A DNA stretch of 64,000 nt from Ruminococcus sp. CAG:382 (GTDB taxonomy: Bacteria; Bacillota; Clostridia; Lachnospirales; Lachnospiraceae), in contig CAVKBP010000001.1 of the NCBI GenBank assembly GCA_963654395.1, positions 4,064 through 68,063 of the forward strand, read 5' to 3'. The position numbers and the translations under genes were made by a program. The notes under the pieces were generated by a model. It saw nothing but the letters and a program-made list of their open reading frames with translations, did no database searches and was not told where the DNA came from. Below are positions 51,427 to 60,767 of the stretch, one piece after another (the stretch's first letter is position 1; each line of letters begins with the position of its first letter).

Positions 51427-54423
51427 TTAGTTAGATTTCTGGGCGGCAGCGTTTTTGTCAGGTGCTTTCTTGTTAGCAGTACCATCTGCCTGCACATTGG
51501 CATCTGTCCGCTTTTTGTCAAGCATATTGCGGATATTAGCTCCAACCTGTGAGCCAACTGTCAGGGCGAGTCTGTTTCTTTCCTTCTCGTTAGTTACAAA
51601 GATCCAGATCTGCTTATGGGTAATGCCGCTTAACTGCTTTTGTATACCATCAGTTTTAAGGATTGCTGTCCTTATCAGGTTATAGTCAAGCTGCTTGGTT
51701 AAAGCACTAAATCCCGGCTGTCCGCCTTTATTAATGTTATCCATATCTGCCTTGATAAGGTTCATCATAGTCATGGATACAATAATGTCAGCAGCAACCT
51801 TTTTCTGTGCGTCATTGAGCTTTTCACCTGTACCATTGCCCTCCAATGTAAAGAAGCCATTCTGGTATGATGTAAATAGCTTTAAAAGAGCCTCACCGGT
51901 TTTAGCTGCTGCAGCATTGCCAGCACATGCAGACATTAAATCATTAGAGGAAGTTAAGCCCATTATTTTGAAAGCCTCGAAAGGCGTATCAAAGCTGTAT
52001 ACATCCTTAGCTTGTGCAGAGGTCTGAACCGGATCCTTATATTGTATATCAAGATAATGCTTATAGGTGAACTTGAATATTCTGCTGCTGTCACTGATGA
52101 TTTTTTTAAAATCACCGACCTTTATGTTTTCCATATTATCGGCTATATCAAGCTCTTTAAGAAGGGAAACATCAGCAGACATCTTTCTTATAAATGTATC
52201 ATGTGCCTTTACAAGTTCTTTCTCACCGCCTTTTTTATAAGCATCTGCAAGCTTAGTGATGAATTGATATTCATCAGGTTCTTCAATGGTTCTTTCAAAT
52301 AATTCCAACTGCAGAGTGCTGCTAAATACAGCTTCGGCAAGTATGCTGACTGCAGTATTTCTGTCAAGGGTTAATTCATCAAGGCTTTTATTTTCAGTTA
52401 ATGCCTGATTCTCCAGAGCCTTTACAGGCTCAACAATTCCCTTTACCGCGAACCTGTTAAGCCATGAATTGACAGTGTCAGATTCATCGGTAGGATTATT
52501 CTGGTAATAAACACTGTAAGCGAAATGTCCCTCAAGGTCGCGGCTTAAGGTTTTAGCTTTAATGTACTTGTCTGATAACGCATTTTTCGTAAGCTGCTCA
52601 GCATAAAAATGTATATTGCGGGTAGCAACTTCTTCAAGAAGCTTAATCATATTGTTCTTATCATACAAAGGATTTTTCATAGAATAATCTAAATTGGCGT
52701 CAGCAAATCTGCCTGTAAGTTCAAGGGCTGACTTTCCAAGATTAAGAATATCCTTTTTAACAGTTGCAGCATAAGCCTTATAGGCTTCGTCATCCTTTGA
52801 AAGCTTATTATAAGCTGTATAATAGGCTGCATTGTCTCCACATTTGTGGATTATATTGCTGTCCGGATTCTTCTCGGTAGCAATATAATCAGCGGCAAAT
52901 GCAGAACCAAGCATATATGCGGCTTTAAGGTTGGCAGTCTCCATGTCAAAGACTGGCTTGGATAACTCTTCGAGCAAGTCTTTGTAAGATGACTTAAAGG
53001 TACCGGTAATAAGCTCCGGTATATTCTTATTGCTGTATTTGGTGTCAAAATCATTATCCAGCGTAGTCATATTGTCCTTAAGCTTCTCTTCGCGTTGAAC
53101 GGCCTTTTTTCGTAAAGCTTCTGCCTCGACAGTTATATCAGCATTTTCAAAAATACGAAGCAAATCTTTCCTTGAGAAAGGTAAGGCACCATGCTCTACA
53201 ACATGACTGAAGCTGATACCATTTCTGGCTGCAATATTCTTAATAGCAGAGGTACCTAAGTCAGTGATTATCTTTGTAGTGCTTTTAATAAAATCAGCCT
53301 CGCTCTGGTCTGGCATTTTAGTAAATGCAGAGGTGAATATTTTAGCACCCTTAAGCCCCTGTTCATGCTTAATAATCTGTGCGGCTATCATTGAGCCCAT
53401 CATCTTTATAGCTGAATCTGAATCATCTACAGAGATATAGGATTTGCCTGAATATATACTTTTCTCAACCTTATTGCAGGCAGCCATAAAGGTATTATTC
53501 AGTATTTCCGGCATACCAGCATAATCACTTGCATACTTGTCGTGAAAATAGCCTGTAGGATTAAGAAGCTGTTCATTATCACTGATAGACTTAGCGGCAG
53601 CCTGCTCATTTTCAACAATCTTCTGTGAAAGTGCTACAGGATTGTCTATATAATCCTTATATCTGTTAATGGTTTTGCGGGCATCCTCTATAAGGCTTAA
53701 TTCCGTAACCTTCTTAGAACAGAAATCCCTTACATGTTTTACATAGTTGATACGACGGTTATCTGTTTCGTTATATTCCTCTTCCTTCTTAGCCTTAGCC
53801 TTGAAAGCAAAATAGGTGTCGCAGGTGCTGCATATGTCTGAAAATGCATTCCTGTAGGCTTCGTAGTCTTCGGCAGTAGTCTCAGGAGTCAGATTGAATT
53901 CATATGCTCTTGCCAGTTTTCTTGATATAGAATTAAATGATGAATCATTTCCAAATACTGCCTTAAAATCAGACCATCTTGATCCAGCCTTGGCAAGCTC
54001 GCTTTCTAATTCAGTTCTTATATGCTTAACAGAACTGTTAAACATATCCTCCGGCTCGGAGGTAGTAACAGTGTTAGGCTGGTCAGGCTTCTCATTCACA
54101 TGCATTATTATAACGCGGCTGTTTTTCTGGCATGCTATATAGCCGCCGTTTACTAAGGCATTAATATGAGAAGCACCATTACCTAATTCTGCATTGTTAC
54201 AGTAGAAGCTGACACCTTCATCAACAGGGATAATCTCCTTGTAATCATTGACATCTTTATGCAGGTAGCCGTACATCTTTAGCAGGTTGTAATAAGCGTC
54301 CTTGATTCTGTCAAGGCTTTCGTCATTATATCCATTATCGGAAATAGTACTGTTATTTTCGGCTTCTTCAAAGCTGCTGAATTTATTACTGCCTGCGAGA
54401 TAATCATTTTCCTGTTCGTCCAT
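51427..54423 (-). CDS. large hypothetical protein (998 aa), paralogue of neighbour
   Basis: Long ORF, RBS AAGGAG, shares many motifs with 54446-58411. Confidence 0.88.
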   Translation of the reverse strand: MDEQENDYLAGSNKFSSFEEAENNSTISDNGYNDESLDRIKDAYYNLLKMYGYLHKDVNDYKEIIPVDEGVSFYCNNAELGNGASHINALVNGGYIACQKNSRVIIMHVNEKPDQPNTVTTSEPEDMFNSSVKHIRTELESELAKAGSRWSDFKAVFGNDSSFNSISRKLARAYEFNLTPETTAEDYEAYRNAFSDICSTCDTYFAFKAKAKKEEEYNETDNRRINYVKHVRDFCSKKVTELSLIEDARKTINRYKDYIDNPVALSQKIVENEQAAAKSISDNEQLLNPTGYFHDKYASDYAGMPEILNNTFMAACNKVEKSIYSGKSYISVDDSDSAIKMMGSMIAAQIIKHEQGLKGAKIFTSAFTKMPDQSEADFIKSTTKIITDLGTSAIKNIAARNGISFSHVVEHGALPFSRKDLLRIFENADITVEAEALRKKAVQREEKLKDNMTTLDNDFDTKYSNKNIPELITGTFKSSYKDLLEELSKPVFDMETANLKAAYMLGSAFAADYIATEKNPDSNIIHKCGDNAAYYTAYNKLSKDDEAYKAYAATVKKDILNLGKSALELTGRFADANLDYSMKNPLYDKNNMIKLLEEVATRNIHFYAEQLTKNALSDKYIKAKTLSRDLEGHFAYSVYYQNNPTDESDTVNSWLNRFAVKGIVEPVKALENQALTENKSLDELTLDRNTAVSILAEAVFSSTLQLELFERTIEEPDEYQFITKLADAYKKGGEKELVKAHDTFIRKMSADVSLLKELDIADNMENIKVGDFKKIISDSSRIFKFTYKHYLDIQYKDPVQTSAQAKDVYSFDTPFEAFKIMGLTSSNDLMSACAGNAAAAKTGEALLKLFTSYQNGFFTLEGNGTGEKLNDAQKKVAADIIVSMTMMNLIKADMDNINKGGQPGFSALTKQLDYNLIRTAILKTDGIQKQLSGITHKQIWIFVTNEKERNRLALTVGSQVGANIRNMLDKKRTDANVQADGTANKKAPDKNAAAQKSN

Positions 54424-54445
54424 ATATTCGCTCCTTTAAGTTTTA

Positions 54446-57400
54446 TTAATGTTTAGAATTGCCTGTAGTCTTTACCTGATTAGAAGCATTAGACTTGGCA
54501 TTATCGTTAGTCTTATCACTAGTCTTATCATTAGTCTTATTGTTAATGTTCTTGTTGTCAGTTGTCTTAACGCCACTCTTCATATCCTGAAGAACCTTCT
54601 GGATATTCATTGCGAACTGAGGCTGAATCTTCTTGGCAAGGTCATTTCTTAATGCTTCATCAGATACGAAAGCTATCATACAAATGTTGTCAGCACCCTT
54701 GAAATATTCCTTGGCTGCGTCGGTTGAAAGAATCGTCTTCTTAATTACCTGTGGATCAAGCTTGCCAGCTATTGAGCTGAATGCAGGCTTTTCTCCCTTA
54801 GCTATAAGCTTCTGGTCATAATTAATAAGTGTCATTGCAGTAATTGATGCAAATATATCCTTGGCAGCAGCCCTGGCAACAGGACCTCTGCTGAGCTTAA
54901 AAACATCGTTATACATACGAGGGAAAAGGTCATCACAATGTTTTTTAAATGATTCCATGAGATTCTGACCATATCGGTAGCAGATTATACTATCATTGGA
55001 ATTAGCAAGCAGGTTATTTACAGTCAACTGGCCATTTACAAGAAGCGCATCCTTATAATCGTGGTAGTTGACACCATTTATATCAACTCCTTTGGATGTA
55101 AAATCAATGTCATTGATTCCGGCGGACTGAGCAAAACTAAGTGCCTTATTATGGTCTACTAGCCGCTTGAAGTTTTTAACGGATATATCTTTGTCTACAT
55201 TGATGTTCAGGTCGTTAGGCTCATGTATGTGCTTATCAAATGCAAGAGAGTAGTTAAGCAGTTCATCAATGAACTTATCATGAGCTTTCTCAAGTCCCTG
55301 TTCACCCTCAGCATTGAATACCTTGGTAAGCTTTGTAATTACAGGGTGTTTCATGTTTTCAAGAGCCATATGCTTATTGTCGTTCATTTCGTCTAATAAT
55401 GCATTGCTGAATACAAGTTCAGCGTATAATTTCTGGGCATCTTTCTTTTTGATTACCATATCATCAAGCTTTTTACCTGATTCTTTTGCCTTGGCCTCTA
55501 ACCGTTCTAATGGTTCAACGATTCCTTTCGTAGCGAACTTGTAAAGCCATGAATTAACATTATCGAATTTGTGTTTATCCTGCAGCTTGGCATGATATGC
55601 ATAGCTTTCCATAGTGTGGGCAAAGGATCTTTCATTATATATCTTATCAATATTGCCAAGCCGTTCAAGATTGTGTGTAACATTTACTGTATTGAAATTG
55701 TCCATGATTTTAGTAATAGCATCGGCGCTTAATAATGGATTATCAAAATTCAATATACCGACTTTATCATCATGGTACTGCTTAGTCATTAAACTGCCAA
55801 CCTTAAGTGCAGCCATACCCATCTTAAGGATATCTTCTTTGACATAAGAAACAGATTTCTTATAGCTTTCTGAATCCTTATCCTGATGATTATATACTGA
55901 TAAATATTTGTAATTAATGACACCTCTGTCCAGAACATCTGAATAAGTAGAAAGGTTTTCTCTTCTAATTAAATCAGATGCTACCATTGAGCCTAATATA
56001 TATGCAGCGTTAATATTGAGGCTTTTAATGTCCTTCTTAGGAGCATGTAATCCGTCATACAGATTCTTGCGGCAGGTATCAAAGATCTCTTCTACAATGG
56101 CAGGAACGCCTGTCTTCCGTCTGTATGCCTCATCAAATGTAGCAGCTACCTTTAATGAAGGATCATCCTTAAGGGCAATATAATCCGCATATGTAGCAGC
56201 AAATTTATCCGGATAATTATCATTAATAAGTCCTTTAATATCCTTAAGGCTGATATTTCCATCCTTATCAGCCTTATCTAACAGCATCTGTATAGGCTCA
56301 GGCATATCTTTAATCCTGTCAATTATCCTGTCGTGTTCCTCTCTGACACCAGCCAGATCCCTGTAACGATTTACATTATTAAGCTGGTGTGTCAGGCTTG
56401 TATCGTCAGCTAACACCTTGTCAAAATCTTTGCTGTCAAGCTCTGACTTTAATATGCTGCAGAAAATGCATTCACTCATAAGCTTGATACCATCGTCAAG
56501 GCTTAGCTTGCTTAAGTTCTTGTCAGCTTCCTTTTCCTGCATAGGTTCAATAATATACTCTTCAGCAATGAACTGGAGCATCATGTCCTCATTCTTTTCC
56601 GTGTGATTATCTGTATATTTATTTCTGGCTATGCTGCTTATAGGGAAAATGTTGTCAGTAAATACAACATCAGCATTTTCTGTAAGCTTTCTGACATCAA
56701 CATTCTTTAATATATTCGTAAGGTCGTCCTTTGAAACAACAGGATTACCGTTCTGAAGCTTAAAGTTGCCTGAGTTGATGATTGCATTAATGCCAAGCTG
56801 GTGAATAGTGTCCTTGAATACAGTACTTTTCTTATCACGTAAGTCATATAAGGCTTCATAGAAGAAGCTCTCCATAAATCCACTGTGAGCCGTATTATTA
56901 CGGTTATTGGTAATAAGATTGGCTGCAATCATAGTACCTAAGAGCTGGGCAACAGCATCAGCAGCTACATTATCTGGTGCATTGGTATATAAAGCTTGTT
57001 CTGTATCTCTGAGGGCATCCTTGAACATGCCATCTAAAGTCTCTGGCATATTCTTATATCTGGTATACTGATTTCTAAGAGCCTTATAAGGATCGTTACG
57101 CTGAGCATCACGCTCCTTCTGTTTTGCCTCAGCAGTCTTTCTTTCAAGAATCTGGGCATCCTCTCTTGCTATTGTATCAGCAAGCTCCTCAGGATGAGCC
57201 TCATTAGTTGAGTACTTGTTAAGAGTGGCAACAGCCTTCTGTACAAGCTCTAAATCATTCTGCTTCATTTTCATGAATCTGATTACATCCTTGGCATAGC
57301 CAAGACGGGCTTTGTCAGAATCGTTATAATCAGCTTCCTTCTTGTCCTGCTGCTTGTAGTCAATGTATGCCTGGCAGGCATCAATAACTGCTGTAAGCTT

Positions 57401-58411
57401 TCTGCTGTACTCGGCAGTATCAGAGTCATAATTAAGATTACCGAGATTGTAAAGGTCTGTAAGAGCTGGTTCAATCTTCTTAAATGGTGAGCTGCTCATT
57501 CCCACAGAAACCTTGATATCAGACCAGGTTGAGCGTGCATGGGCTGCCTTGTCAGAAAGAATCTTCTTTAAAACAGTCATGGAATAGTTATATATTGCCT
57601 GCGGTTCCTTGTTAGTTATGTAACCGTGGCTGTCAGTGCTTATAACTACTACACGGTCATTCTTAGTGTATACAACAGGACAAAAATCTGGAACCCTGCG
57701 GTAAAGCTCATTGTCCGGAAGAATGTTATCATATATGAGGTCATGCTGGGAAAGCATTGCTGAATATGCAGTGACATCTTTATCAAATTTAATATCTTCC
57801 CGGTCGAATTCATCTGCAGCCCAGCGCTTTGCTTCGTCCTCGATTGTATTATTGGCATCATTGCCATCCTTTGTATGGAAAAATCCATACATCTTTAAAT
57901 ATGAGTAATAACCCTGCCATATCTGTTCGCTGGTAGCGTCAGGAATATCCTGCTCCACAGGCTCGCCGGCAATCTGGACATCATCCTCCTTGCCTACAGC
58001 TTTGACATCGATTTTCTCACCCTTGTCTGCGCCCTCGATTACTATATCATCATCTTCAATTACATTTTCATTATTATCAATTACATTGTCAATCTGGTTG
58101 TTAATCTGGTTGTTAATAATATTGATATTACGAATTATGTCGTCTGAAAGTATTTCATCATCACCAGAGCTTTTGGCTTCATGTCCGTTGTAAGTGTAAA
58201 TTTCGCTATTAGCAGGAGCTGCAGCCTGTGTAACTTTGACATCAATTTTTTCATCCTGGGCTGCGCCCTCGATTTCTATATCATCATCGTTGTTATCATT
58301 GTTGTTATCATTGTTGTCAGCCTGATTGTTAATATAGTTCTCATAATTAGTGATTACGATATCGTCATCAGTATTATCCAAACCATTGTTGTTGTTGTGT
58401 AACTCGTCCAT
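54446..58411 (-). CDS. large hypothetical protein (~1321 aa) with Asp/Asn-rich N-terminus and repeated modules
   Basis: Long ORF. GGAGG overlaps the 58426 ATG, so the start is likely 58411 (MDELH). TATAAT lies shortly upstream on the minus strand. Confidence 0.88.
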   Translation of the reverse strand: MDELHNNNNGLDNTDDDIVITNYENYINNQADNNDNNNDNNDDDIEIEGAAQDEKIDVKVTQAAAPANSEIYTYNGHEAKSSGDDEILSDDIIRNINIINNQINNQIDNVIDNNENVIEDDDIVIEGADKGEKIDVKAVGKEDDVQIAGEPVEQDIPDATSEQIWQGYYSYLKMYGFFHTKDGNDANNTIEDEAKRWAADEFDREDIKFDKDVTAYSAMLSQHDLIYDNILPDNELYRRVPDFCPVVYTKNDRVVVISTDSHGYITNKEPQAIYNYSMTVLKKILSDKAAHARSTWSDIKVSVGMSSSPFKKIEPALTDLYNLGNLNYDSDTAEYSRKLTAVIDACQAYIDYKQQDKKEADYNDSDKARLGYAKDVIRFMKMKQNDLELVQKAVATLNKYSTNEAHPEELADTIAREDAQILERKTAEAKQKERDAQRNDPYKALRNQYTRYKNMPETLDGMFKDALRDTEQALYTNAPDNVAADAVAQLLGTMIAANLITNNRNNTAHSGFMESFFYEALYDLRDKKSTVFKDTIHQLGINAIINSGNFKLQNGNPVVSKDDLTNILKNVDVRKLTENADVVFTDNIFPISSIARNKYTDNHTEKNEDMMLQFIAEEYIIEPMQEKEADKNLSKLSLDDGIKLMSECIFCSILKSELDSKDFDKVLADDTSLTHQLNNVNRYRDLAGVREEHDRIIDRIKDMPEPIQMLLDKADKDGNISLKDIKGLINDNYPDKFAATYADYIALKDDPSLKVAATFDEAYRRKTGVPAIVEEIFDTCRKNLYDGLHAPKKDIKSLNINAAYILGSMVASDLIRRENLSTYSDVLDRGVINYKYLSVYNHQDKDSESYKKSVSYVKEDILKMGMAALKVGSLMTKQYHDDKVGILNFDNPLLSADAITKIMDNFNTVNVTHNLERLGNIDKIYNERSFAHTMESYAYHAKLQDKHKFDNVNSWLYKFATKGIVEPLERLEAKAKESGKKLDDMVIKKKDAQKLYAELVFSNALLDEMNDNKHMALENMKHPVITKLTKVFNAEGEQGLEKAHDKFIDELLNYSLAFDKHIHEPNDLNINVDKDISVKNFKRLVDHNKALSFAQSAGINDIDFTSKGVDINGVNYHDYKDALLVNGQLTVNNLLANSNDSIICYRYGQNLMESFKKHCDDLFPRMYNDVFKLSRGPVARAAAKDIFASITAMTLINYDQKLIAKGEKPAFSSIAGKLDPQVIKKTILSTDAAKEYFKGADNICMIAFVSDEALRNDLAKKIQPQFAMNIQKVLQDMKSGVKTTDNKNINNKTNDKTSDKTNDNAKSNASNQVKTTGNSKH

Positions 58412-58594
58412 ATCTGTATCCTCCATGTGAATTATTTTCTACATTATACATGACAGAGTGAGACAAAAGTAAGACAAATATGAAATTTATCAGAAAAAAA
58501 TCAAAAAAAGTATACATTGCATATTCCGGGTTCATGTTATATAATGAAATGACATATGAGAACATATTGCCGACGAAGGCTGGATTAGGAGGAT

Positions 58595-58858
58595 ATGATG
58601 ACAAGAACATACGCCGTTAAGTATAAGAGTAAATCTAAGATGTTGACAACACCTGAGCAGGTTGCCCAGACAGAGGAGGATATCAAGGCATTAGCGCTTG
58701 TAAAGAATGCTGTAATCAAAGAGGACGGACAGGTTGTTTCTGTTGAGGTTGAGAATGAGGAGGATTTTGAACCGGTTATGGACAGAGTAGTCAACATTTT
58801 CAGAAGGATTGATGACAAGTCTGAGGTTTCATACAAGTTCGGTCTTAATCGTGAATAA
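58595..58858 (+). CDS. small hypothetical protein, possible ferredoxin-like (HMA-like) fold without Cys
   Basis: RBS AGGAGG; beta-alpha-beta-beta-alpha-beta pattern by eye. Confidence 0.65.
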   Translation: MMTRTYAVKYKSKSKMLTTPEQVAQTEEDIKALALVKNAVIKEDGQVVSVEVENEEDFEPVMDRVVNIFRRIDDKSEVSYKFGLNRE

Positions 58859-58859
58859 T

Positions 58860-58907
58860 GTAATTGTCCAGAAGCATCCAGAATTGTGGCTGGTTCTGAA
58901 TAATTAC
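58860..58907. mobile_element. short degenerate family A element
   Basis: GTAATTGTCCAGAA...TTCTGAATAATTAC. Confidence 0.55.
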
Positions 58908-58989
58908 ATATAATTAAAAGCCCATAGAATAAGCCTGTGAAGCCGATGACTGCATCACAGGCTTATATTATATAATAAGGAGTGGAATA

Positions 58990-60582
58990 GTGAGTTTAGA
59001 AAGTGAAATTAAGAAAAGAAGGACATTTGCCATTATCTCTCACCCGGATGCTGGTAAGACAACATTAACAGAGAAGTTCCTGCTCTACGGAGGAGCGATT
59101 AACCTTGCAGGCTCTGTAAAGGGTAAGAAGACTGCAAAGCATGCAGTTTCCGACTGGATGGAGATTGAGAAGGAAAGAGGTATTTCGGTAACTTCTTCTG
59201 TTCTTCAGTTCAACTACGAGGGTTATTGTATCAATATTCTTGATACTCCGGGACACGAGGATTTCTCAGAGGATACCTACAGAACTCTTATGGCGGCGGA
59301 TTCGGCGGTCATGGTTATAGATGCTTCCAAGGGTGTTGAGAAACAGACAATTAAGCTTTTCAAGGTATGTGTCATGAGGCATATTCCTATATTTACATTT
59401 ATTAATAAGATGGACAGGGAGGCCAATGATCCATTCGAGCTTCTGGATGAGATTGAGAGTGTGCTTGGAATCTCTACCTGCCCGATTAACTGGCCTATCG
59501 GCTGCGGCAAGGAATTCAAGGGTGTATATGACCGCAAGGAGAAAAATGTTTCTCTATTCAAGGCAGCCATGAACGGACAGAAGGAGGTTGACACTGAGAT
59601 TGTCGACGCGGCAGATGAGGCTGCTCTAAAGGACAGAATCGGAGATGCTTTCTATGATAAGCTGGAGGAGGATATTGAGCTGTTAGACGGAGCAAGTGCA
59701 GAATTTGACCAGAAGATGGTAAGTGCAGGTGACCTTACACCGGTATTCTTCGGTTCAGCGCTTACTAATTTCGGTGTACAGACTTTCCTTGAGCATTTCT
59801 TATCAATGACAACTTCACCGCTTCCAAGAAAGTCAGATCAGGGGATTATAGATCCATTCACTGAGGATTTCTCAGCATTTGTATTCAAGATTCAGGCTAA
59901 CATGAATAAAGCGCACAGAGACAGGATTGCTTTCATGAGAATATGCTCTGGTAAGTTTGAAGCCGGAATGGAAGCCAACCATGTGCAGGGAGGCAAGAAG
60001 ATAAGATTGAGCCAGCCACAGCAGATGATGGCGGAGGAAAGACACATTGTTGACGAGGCATATGCAGGAGATATTATAGGTGTATTTGATCCGGGTATTT
60101 TCTCAATCGGTGATACTATATGCAAGTCTAATAAAAAATTTGCATTCGAGGGTATCCCTACATTTGCACCAGAGCATTTTGCAAGGGTAAGACAGATTGA
60201 TACTATGAAGAGAAAGCAGTTCATCAAGGGTATCAACCAGATTGCGCAGGAGGGTGCGATTCAGATATTCCAGGAGTTCAATACCGGAATGGAAGAGATT
60301 ATCGTGGGCGTTGTCGGCGTTCTCCAGTTCGAGGTCTTGGAATACCGTCTTAAAAATGAGTACGGCGTTGACATCAGGCTTGAGCCGCTTCCATACGAGC
60401 ATATCCGCTGGATTGAGAATCCTGAGGAAATTGATGTGGGCAGAATTGTCGGCACATCAGATATGAAGAAGATTAAAGACCTTAAGGGCAATCCGCTTCT
60501 GGTATTTGCCAATAGCTGGTCGGTTAATATGGTACTTGAAAGAAATGAGGGACTGAAGCTTTCTGAATTTGGAAAGAACTAG
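58990..60582 (+). CDS. prfC: peptide chain release factor 3
   Basis: RRTFAIISHPDAGKTT, DTPGHEDFSEDTYR, NKMD, FKIQANM..AHRDR. Confidence 0.97.
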   Translation: MSLESEIKKRRTFAIISHPDAGKTTLTEKFLLYGGAINLAGSVKGKKTAKHAVSDWMEIEKERGISVTSSVLQFNYEGYCINILDTPGHEDFSEDTYRTLMAADSAVMVIDASKGVEKQTIKLFKVCVMRHIPIFTFINKMDREANDPFELLDEIESVLGISTCPINWPIGCGKEFKGVYDRKEKNVSLFKAAMNGQKEVDTEIVDAADEAALKDRIGDAFYDKLEEDIELLDGASAEFDQKMVSAGDLTPVFFGSALTNFGVQTFLEHFLSMTTSPLPRKSDQGIIDPFTEDFSAFVFKIQANMNKAHRDRIAFMRICSGKFEAGMEANHVQGGKKIRLSQPQQMMAEERHIVDEAYAGDIIGVFDPGIFSIGDTICKSNKKFAFEGIPTFAPEHFARVRQIDTMKRKQFIKGINQIAQEGAIQIFQEFNTGMEEIIVGVVGVLQFEVLEYRLKNEYGVDIRLEPLPYEHIRWIENPEEIDVGRIVGTSDMKKIKDLKGNPLLVFANSWSVNMVLERNEGLKLSEFGKN

Positions 60583-60742
60583 TACAGCGTTTTATAGATA
60601 ACTGAACCAGAAGCGCAGAATGTTTTTTTGAAGGTGCATATCAAAAAACGCAGGCGTAGCTGGCTACGACGAGGCTTTTGGGTATGTGCAGCCAGAAAAA
60701 CAGGCAAGCTGCTGGGACAGTTATTTAGAAATCGATGTACTG
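60580..60742. mobile_element. family B MITE-like element
   Basis: Imperfect ~25-bp TIR TAGTACAGCGTTTTATAGATAACTG / CAGTTATTTAGAAATCGATGTACTG; central GGCGTAGC/GCTACGAC hairpin; same end sequence as at 42851. Confidence 0.75.
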
Positions 60743-60767
60743 GGAATATTAGAAATCGGGTGATTAG

